Virus record (IMG/VR): IMGVR_UViG_3300027797_000001 | Coordinates: 32,001-96,000 of that record | DNA from: a virus | Length of the DNA stretch: 64,000 bases | Reading direction: 5' to 3' (one strand) | Shown: positions 58,501 to 64,000 of the stretch, piece after piece | Position numbering within the stretch: position 1 is the stretch's first letter | Layout: every line of letters begins with the position of its first letter | Translations under genes and position numbers: made by a program | The notes under the pieces: generated by a model | What the model was told of the DNA's origin: nothing | What the model saw: the letters and a program-made list of their open reading frames with translations, nothing else | Database searches by the model: none

Positions 58501-61500
58501 TGAGCTTGGAAAAATCTTAAAAGATAAAATGTCTCAACAGGAATATGAAGATTTCTTTAATAAAATCATACATCAGAAGTTAGAAAAAAATGATGTAGAA
58601 AATCTTACTAAAAAATATGGAGTTCCTGCACTATTTGTCAATAGATTGATAGAGAGATATAACTATTTTATAATTAATGAAACTACTATATCTGACATAT
58701 TAAAAGGTAAGTTCAAGGATGTTAGCATTTTAAATAGATTCTTTGAAAGTTATTCTTCAAGTACAAGTCCTATTGTAGGAGCATTATCTATTTATTTGGA
58801 GAACCAAGAAAGACAAGCAGAGCAAAGAGCATGGGATAAGAGTTCTAAATTTAGAAAGAAGTTAGAAGGTATATTACCATCAGTAATAGAATTTAATAAA
58901 TGGAATACCCGTCAAATGCTCGACTTAGTTACTGAAAAAGATACAGTAGCATTTTTTGATAGCAAGGAAGGTAATATGATTAAGAAAGATGTTTATACTT
59001 TCTTAAATGAATTTGGTAATGGCTGGAGGTATGACTTAGATATACTAGATCATGCTATTGATGAGGCAAGAAAAGCTGGTGACCCAGAAGCTCTAAAAAA
59101 TGCAGAATTAGCATTAAGACAATTTAAAAGGGATTACATGCATGATGAGTATGTTCCTGAGTATTATGAGAAAGATGACATATTTAATTCATCACCTATA
59201 GGACAAAAGGCATGGGTAGAAAGAAAACTTGCATTAGATGAGTTTTCAGCAGAAGCAAATAAACTTCATAATGAGTCAGAAAGATTTGAGGCATATGGTG
59301 TTTTACAAGAACTGTGGAGAAAATATCAAATGCTTTACTCATTAGTAAATGAAGATGGTACACCTAAAACAGGAGAAGACTTAGAAAAAGCTGAGCTTTT
59401 ACTAAAACATAGAAAAGAAACATCTAAGTTTCATGAGTTTGTTCCTGTTCCTGGATCATTACAGACAGCATATAATGAATTTATCAATCTTAAAAAAGCT
59501 GAGGGAAAATCACAAGCAGATATTGATGAGTTATTAAAAGCTTGGTTAAAGCAAAATACAAGATTAGTTTACTCTCCTAAGTTTTATGAAGAAAGAACTA
59601 AGTTACTTAATAGATTACAAGAGCTTCAGGAGAAAGTAAATATTACAGGATTTAATCCAAGTGATAATTACAAAACAATTTCTAACTTAATATATGGTTT
59701 TAAAGATGAACAAGGACAGCCTGATCCTAATGCATTAGGAGAAGAAAGACTAGAACAAATTAAACAACTACAGCAAGAAATAATTGATTTTAGATTTAAT
59801 TTTGATAGTAACTCTGGCCTTTCAAGAGAAGATCTTGATGAGTTAAAAGGTTATGTAATGGCAATTAAGAATAGAAAATTGACAGAGCCAGAACAAAAAA
59901 GATACTTATATCTTATTGAGAAGCAGACTGATCAAGGTCTTACAATGGAAGAAGCATTTGAGATGCAATCTATTTTTGATGAGCTTGGTGAGCTAAGCAT
60001 GAAAGTTCCTACTGAATATTACTTAGATCAATTAAACTTTAATCTTTCTAAGTTTAACATTGCTGCTGTAACAGAAGATAAAGTCAATGAGTATATTAAC
60101 TCAGATGAATTTAAAGAGCTAGTAAAAACTGATGAGAACTTTTATAACTGGTTTTTACTTAATCACGTAAATAAAAAAGTATTTAAAAAAGGAGTTGGTC
60201 TAACAAATGTTTTTGAAAGAACTCTTGCTAACTCTGTTACAGTACCAAAAAATGCTTCAATGATAGAAACTACAACTATTATTGATGAATCTACAGGAGA
60301 AGAAATAAATTTAATGGGTGTCCCTAATAGCAGACACTCAATCTATACTGTAAAAGATCAATATAGATCTATTCCATTTGGTTTAACAGCAGAAGAAAAG
60401 AAAAAGTATGTAGGTAAGATAATTGATAATAAAGGAAACTTCTTACCTAGACTTTATGATGGAACAAAGACTGGAGCTAAAACTGATAAGTATATAAACA
60501 AAAGATACTTTGATTTAAAAAGATCAAACAGTGCACAGTTTCAGGTAATTGAAACTATTAAACAATATTTTCTAGAAGCTCAAGAAGGTAAAGCAAATAT
60601 GGCAAAACTATATTTAGATTTACCAAGATATGCTATAGATAATATTGTAGAGTCTTTTCAAGCTGGAAAATATTTAGATAGATATCAGCAAGCTAAAGCT
60701 GGACTCAGTGAGTTTTGGGATACTACATTTGGAAAGGCTACTAGAAATGCGCAAGATACATTTAACTATAATCCAGAGTTTAATCTTGTTAATACAGACA
60801 TGGATGGAGATCAAGTAACTTATATCCCTGTGTCTGGTCTTTATAATATTGATGCTGATAAAGTTTCTCCAGATGTATTTCAAAGTATAATGAAGTATGC
60901 ATTATCTCTAGAGATACATGATACTCTTTTACAAAATTTACCATTAGCTGAATCAATAGTAGAAGTATTCTCTTCTCCAGAAGCACAGCCAAAAGCTATA
61001 AATAAATATAGAAGAGATATATTTAAAGCTACTGGAGAGTTAAAAGAAGCTAATGCAAAAACAGGCACTAATCAAATGCTTGGTCAATTAAACTCTTTAA
61101 TTGAAAGACAATTCTATGGTGTACATAATCAGGATTTATCTGAAAAATATCCTAGAATAACTAAAGCAATTAATGCAATGCAGAAAGCTTCATCTACTGC
61201 ATCTTTAGCTATTAATATTCCATCTGACCTTAAAAACAAATATGGTGCAATGGTTCAGTTAATCATTGAAGCAGCAGGTGCAGAATTTGTTAACTTAAAA
61301 GATTTAGCAGCAGGTAGACTTTGGGCATTTAAAGCTATGACAAGTTGGTCTTCTAAAACCGGTATCTATGCTGTTGGCCCTGGATCGTTTACTACACAGT
61401 TAGTTGAAATGTTTGACCCAACATTTAGAGGTAGAGATAATACAGGTAGAAGTGTAAGTAGAAGTTTATACAAAGATCTTGTTAACGGAGAGTGGATGTA

Positions 61501-62692
61501 TATGCACAGAAAGTTTGGTGAGATGGAAGTTGCTTTAAGTTTGTTTGGTTCTTTTATGAATGCACAAAAAGTTGAGCAAGTTGTAGATGGTAAGACACAA
61601 ACAATAAGATACATTGATGCTTGGGAACAAGATGCTGATGGTATTGTAAGACTTAAAAAAGGGATACATCCAAAATGGAATAACCTACATGTTTATCATA
61701 CTGTTGCAAAAGGAGATACTTTACAAAAACTTGCTAAACAATACTATGTAACTGTAGAAGAATTAAAAGCTAAAAATAGAATTGCAAGTGATATAGAACT
61801 TGTAGAGGGTGATGAGATAGTAATTGCTAAATCAGAAGGCTTTGACTTATTTAGAAATCAAGTTCAGGGAACGTCAAGATATCTATTTGGTGCATATGAT
61901 AAATTTGGACAACCAGAAGCTAATAAATATTTGCTATATAGACTATGGGTATTCATGAGAAAATGGTTTACAACAATGTTTGTAAATAGATTTGGATCTC
62001 AAGTTATCTTTACTGAAGGTAAAAAATTACCAACATTAGTTGCAAGATATGACTGGGCATTAGGTAAAACTAAAAAAGGATACTATGTTACTGGGTTTCA
62101 GTTCTTAGTTGATATGCTTAAAACAAAAGGTCAGAATATTAAGTATATGAGGGAAGAAGAAAAGGTTGCTTTTAGAAAACTATCTGCAGAGGGATTGTTT
62201 ATCATAGCATCTGCTTTAATTGTGTCAGCATTATTTGGATATGATGAGGATGATGAAGATAAGTGGAAAAAAATAGCTGAAAGATCAGAAGCATTTGGTA
62301 CTGATGGTTATAATACTTATGGATTCTTAACTAATCACGCATTACTATTATTACTAGGAACACAAGCTGAGACTACAGCGTTTATTCCACTACCAAAAAT
62401 AGGAGGAATTAACCTTGGTGCTGATGATTATATCAAAATGGTTACTCAAACATCTACAGCATTTAATAATACTATACAGTTGTACATAGAAATTTTCTCA
62501 GACTTTTTAAATATGGTTACCTTCAATGGTGCATCTAGATATAAAAGAGATGCTGGACCATATCCTTGGGAACAAAAGGATGATTTAAAAATTATTGATC
62601 ACGTACTTAAAACTGTAGGATTTACAGGTTCTTCTGGAGACCCCGAAACTGTACTTAAAAATCTTAAAGCTTCAGGTGAAAGAGTAAGATAA
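55559..62692 (+). CDS. giant virion cargo protein 3: ART-like modules, zincin HExxH, LysM, C-terminal hydrophobic helices
   Basis: 2377 aa from ATG 55559 (A-rich leader; preferred over TTG 55517, which overlaps the RNAP gene). HEFSH at 57398-57412 plus KEEALA; LysM at ~61694-61825. Confidence 0.75.
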   Translation: MVCNSKENSIQYLVSKGAINDVRKVIDRDLFDKLNDSLTRYAETKYGLDTMGAQLFTAATEQTRYLKDTPAYRESTYSIKRAVPNEVLFQRLDQLVTQYENRSDTDQSMFNRPLELEINADIKEVFAAFPRLASVGTLDQYREYLNSRLTFPKILVHATVVPFETFDEDLTTMKSKDLGSGLYVSDLKNNWSKYQEQNKRNISRQLRNNFEDALEDYFDMSIDDINDKYFKRVESKFINPISKLKQLLDSRSINAFEFNDQLKTIEVARQYEIFRLAIGDIKSKKTKERLSKLLDKVITPFAILDKPINQYYGYTGNSIKYVKDGYLELKGNEKESLIIEGTVNDVKQAVLKNPKDYFVLGTNPDINAFKEFVATTKDMPMMMRESSKITQDDKSYYRGQIEKPFIDKDGNLILFGREDELYKKAGLKSYGISMTDNLKTAVGYGEGQFERENLLFDDVWGYDVNTWEAEDAYNELQENGWWLIQIPKNINYEIVKEAGEVKVIGNKIIVPKGQYKIQQFADNVKETIETNDFDLPIFKFDAATIVNARSKEVATILANRLALGLKVNYYNITEAEARDILKNSKIPYQGEPAFFFAGTVYTVGDNVNLNTVLHEFSHPLLQGIRKTNKGKELFNKLYAQLDGTTEGDAIVNHLKAEYPELEEGSDRFKEEALAYALQLRAVNLVNNKIESEGFDKFIKNLLYQIKQFLKSIFGNKVNVAKLDVNTSLEELADMLLEKDFIYDTDKITYDDLVAFARYTKARVDFLTKNASKNAVTDSINSWYTSTNAVLERAKNFKGNKVTREIVKNSLLRKGTTELTPGIKRSLSGYQTINKGRQQSVDEVIEGAINAEELRIKDLTNRSTAFVSSLEITNNSIKEIENELKLLQKKKNFGGRSDIALLGLYESSLTRWYRSISDVYDILKSDFNMTTDNPFSRLLNEMSTNISESRKIIIDLYRKNTKYLFVSITGYMSDFVKDELNTELGKILKDKMSQQEYEDFFNKIIHQKLEKNDVENLTKKYGVPALFVNRLIERYNYFIINETTISDILKGKFKDVSILNRFFESYSSSTSPIVGALSIYLENQERQAEQRAWDKSSKFRKKLEGILPSVIEFNKWNTRQMLDLVTEKDTVAFFDSKEGNMIKKDVYTFLNEFGNGWRYDLDILDHAIDEARKAGDPEALKNAELALRQFKRDYMHDEYVPEYYEKDDIFNSSPIGQKAWVERKLALDEFSAEANKLHNESERFEAYGVLQELWRKYQMLYSLVNEDGTPKTGEDLEKAELLLKHRKETSKFHEFVPVPGSLQTAYNEFINLKKAEGKSQADIDELLKAWLKQNTRLVYSPKFYEERTKLLNRLQELQEKVNITGFNPSDNYKTISNLIYGFKDEQGQPDPNALGEERLEQIKQLQQEIIDFRFNFDSNSGLSREDLDELKGYVMAIKNRKLTEPEQKRYLYLIEKQTDQGLTMEEAFEMQSIFDELGELSMKVPTEYYLDQLNFNLSKFNIAAVTEDKVNEYINSDEFKELVKTDENFYNWFLLNHVNKKVFKKGVGLTNVFERTLANSVTVPKNASMIETTTIIDESTGEEINLMGVPNSRHSIYTVKDQYRSIPFGLTAEEKKKYVGKIIDNKGNFLPRLYDGTKTGAKTDKYINKRYFDLKRSNSAQFQVIETIKQYFLEAQEGKANMAKLYLDLPRYAIDNIVESFQAGKYLDRYQQAKAGLSEFWDTTFGKATRNAQDTFNYNPEFNLVNTDMDGDQVTYIPVSGLYNIDADKVSPDVFQSIMKYALSLEIHDTLLQNLPLAESIVEVFSSPEAQPKAINKYRRDIFKATGELKEANAKTGTNQMLGQLNSLIERQFYGVHNQDLSEKYPRITKAINAMQKASSTASLAINIPSDLKNKYGAMVQLIIEAAGAEFVNLKDLAAGRLWAFKAMTSWSSKTGIYAVGPGSFTTQLVEMFDPTFRGRDNTGRSVSRSLYKDLVNGEWMYMHRKFGEMEVALSLFGSFMNAQKVEQVVDGKTQTIRYIDAWEQDADGIVRLKKGIHPKWNNLHVYHTVAKGDTLQKLAKQYYVTVEELKAKNRIASDIELVEGDEIVIAKSEGFDLFRNQVQGTSRYLFGAYDKFGQPEANKYLLYRLWVFMRKWFTTMFVNRFGSQVIFTEGKKLPTLVARYDWALGKTKKGYYVTGFQFLVDMLKTKGQNIKYMREEEKVAFRKLSAEGLFIIASALIVSALFGYDEDDEDKWKKIAERSEAFGTDGYNTYGFLTNHALLLLLGTQAETTAFIPLPKIGGINLGADDYIKMVTQTSTAFNNTIQLYIEIFSDFLNMVTFNGASRYKRDAGPYPWEQKDDLKIIDHVLKTVGFTGSSGDPETVLKNLKASGERVR

Positions 62693-62716
62693 AAAAAAGG
62701 AAGATTATCTCTTCCC
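62691..62716 (-). terminator. rho-independent terminator at the convergence of the two modules
   Basis: Minus strand GGAAGA-gataa-TCTTCC followed by T8. Confidence 0.7.
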
Positions 62717-62902
62717 CTTCTTAACTTTTTTAAGTTTACTTATATCAACTCCTACAAGATTACTTGTATCAAGTTTAAACTTACCAAGTGTACCTTCTTT
62801 GTCTTTGCTTACAAGAACATAGCTACTATCTTCTGATATAAAGTTGATATACAACTCTTGACCATTGAATTCAATTTTCATTTTTCTTTTTGTTTTTGAC
62901 AT
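62705..62902 (-). CDS. small hypothetical protein
   Basis: 65 aa, flanked by a canonical promoter and a terminator; leader AAAACCAACAAATA-ATG. Confidence 0.75.
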   Translation of the reverse strand: MSKTKRKMKIEFNGQELYINFISEDSSYVLVSKDKEGTLGKFKLDTSNLVGVDISKLKKVKKGKR

Positions 62903-62924
62903 TATTTGTTGGTTTTAGGTTATT

Positions 62925-62955
62925 CAAAGTTAAGAAAAAAAAGGGGGAACAGCAA
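62925..62955 (-). promoter_or_regulatory. canonical Bacteroidota primary-sigma promoter TTG-N20-TAACTTTG
   Basis: Minus strand TTG (62955-62953), 20-nt spacer, TAACTTTG (62932-62925), matching the -33/-7 consensus TTTG/TAnnTTTG. Confidence 0.7.
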
Positions 62956-62968
62956 TAGCCATTCCCCC
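62935..62968 (-). terminator. rho-independent terminator
   Basis: Minus strand GGGGGAATGGC-tatt-GCTGTTCCCCC followed by T8. Confidence 0.85.
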
Positions 62969-63009
62969 AATTTTAGTGATAATAAAACATAACCTGATAA
63001 ACAGGATCT

Positions 63010-64000
63010 TTAGAAGAAGTCTGATGAATCATTATCTTCATCATCATTGATGTTAAAGATTAAGTCATCAAAATTTGCTGCTCGTACAGCATCTTCTTCA
63101 TATTCTTTAGCATTTTCTTCTATACTCATATAAGAAGAATTCTCACCTGTATACTCCTGATTCTCATCTGGAGCATAAGTAGGTGCATCATCTTTATCTG
63201 ATTCTAGTGGTAAATTCATCCAATCATTTAGGTCTTCTTCATCTTCTGGATCTTCCAATTGGTTAGTATAACTAACCACCTCATTGTGAAAATCTCTTGT
63301 TTCAAAAGTATTCCCTGCAGGGTCAGTATAAAGAATTGATACTTCTTCAGCTTCTTCTGCATGTTTGTATCTAAGATCTTCATCCATTAGATCTGCTTCT
63401 AGATCTGCTTCAGCTGCAGCAATTTGATCTAATAAATTAGTTTGATTAGGATCAACAAAAACTGTCTCAGCTTCAACAACTACAGGAGCAGGTGCAACTA
63501 TCTGTGCAGATGGTGTGCACTGTTGGAAATTATTCACAGTAGAAATAAAATAATGCAAGACTCTTTGATCTTCCATCCAAGTCTTAGGATGTGAATGCTG
63601 TAATGCAATAGTCACATAGTTATAGAATGCCCATAAGCTATTACTATCAGCATAAACATGACTTGGTCTATCCATTTGTTGTCTTACAATACTAGATTGC
63701 TCTGTAGTAAGAATCTGATACTCCGCAAATAGGATACCTAGTAGCTGAGCTTGTTTTCTCTTGTTTAGAGTAATACCTTTCATAGATTCTTTGTCAGAAC
63801 ATAGCTGATTATAATACATGTGTGCATTAGCTATTTGATCTTGTATGGTTTTAACTGTCTCTTCATCCGCAGTACCAGTATGTTTACGAGCCCAGCTTCC
63901 CATATCCCCACATACCATAGTAGTACCTGTTAGGTTGATATAGCCACCCACACCACATTTAAATCTCACTTGTTTGTTATAACTGTTTGTCCATGCAAAC
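63010..64000 (-). CDS. DUF932-like protein with long acidic C-terminal tail (5' end outside window)
   Basis: The frame stays open to the window edge (FAWTNSYNKQVRFKC...). NSYNK, RKHTG and SLWAFYNYVT resemble DUF932-type phage/plasmid proteins. Confidence 0.6.
   Translation of the reverse strand, partial: FAWTNSYNKQVRFKCGVGGYINLTGTTMVCGDMGSWARKHTGTADEETVKTIQDQIANAHMYYNQLCSDKESMKGITLNKRKQAQLLGILFAEYQILTTEQSSIVRQQMDRPSHVYADSNSLWAFYNYVTIALQHSHPKTWMEDQRVLHYFISTVNNFQQCTPSAQIVAPAPVVVEAETVFVDPNQTNLLDQIAAAEADLEADLMDEDLRYKHAEEAEEVSILYTDPAGNTFETRDFHNEVVSYTNQLEDPEDEEDLNDWMNLPLESDKDDAPTYAPDENQEYTGENSSYMSIEENAKEYEEDAVRAANFDDLIFNINDDEDNDSSDFF

Noticed and set aside
685-61614. Numerous short minus-strand and alternate-frame ORFs in the track (e.g. 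1817..2254, 20352..20648, 37923..38267, 40548..40946)
   Set aside because: They lie within long plus-strand genes, have shadow-ORF composition and show no independent expression signals.
1-64000. Genome-wide stop-codon reassignment (code 15 or 4), known in some crAss-like phages
   Set aside because: Genes up to 10.5 kb are open in the standard code, and TAG/TGA act as terminators at plausible gene ends. Only the single in-frame TAG at 45022 is noted.
1-64000. CRISPR arrays, tRNA/rRNA genes, introns, inteins, diversity-generating retroelement
   Set aside because: Intergenic gaps are very short. I saw no spaced repeat array, cloverleaf, reverse transcriptase, homing endonuclease or intein splice motif, and the RNAP is uninterrupted.

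Overview
The window is an AT-rich, densely coding segment of a large tailed-phage genome, most consistent with a crAss-like (Crassvirales-type) podophage of a Bacteroidota host. Three lines of evidence support this. A 3508-aa protein carries the RIP...GADFDIDK motif of crAss-type virion RNA polymerases. The gene order is crAss-like (ring protein, IHF-like protein, two ring/tubular proteins, muzzle/stabilization protein, cargo proteins, three giant proteins). The promoters are Bacteroidota-style (TTG-N20-TAnnTTTG) and there are no obvious Shine-Dalgarno motifs. Plus strand, 1-62692: small Lys-rich proteins, a ferritin/Dps-like gene, very Cys-rich exterior structural and fibre genes, a tail/muzzle module, and eight large putative injected cargo genes. 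Minus strand, 62705-64000: the end of a convergent module. Capsid, portal and terminase genes are not visible in this window. The most notable unexplained patterns concern how the cargo proteins may be linked. (1) The four last plus-strand proteins (~9,500 aa) contain only four cysteines by manual scan, all placed as C-terminal CxI / N-terminal MxC pairs at successive gene junctions. (2) Four upstream cargo proteins carry a C-terminal motif matched by an N-terminal motif on the next gene. (3) A [MFY]xxGG linker recurs about 29 times, essentially only in the small basic proteins and those four cargo proteins. Together these suggest a head-to-tail concatenation or processing code for ordered packaging and ejection. 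All family assignments come from motif recognition by eye; no database searches were run.
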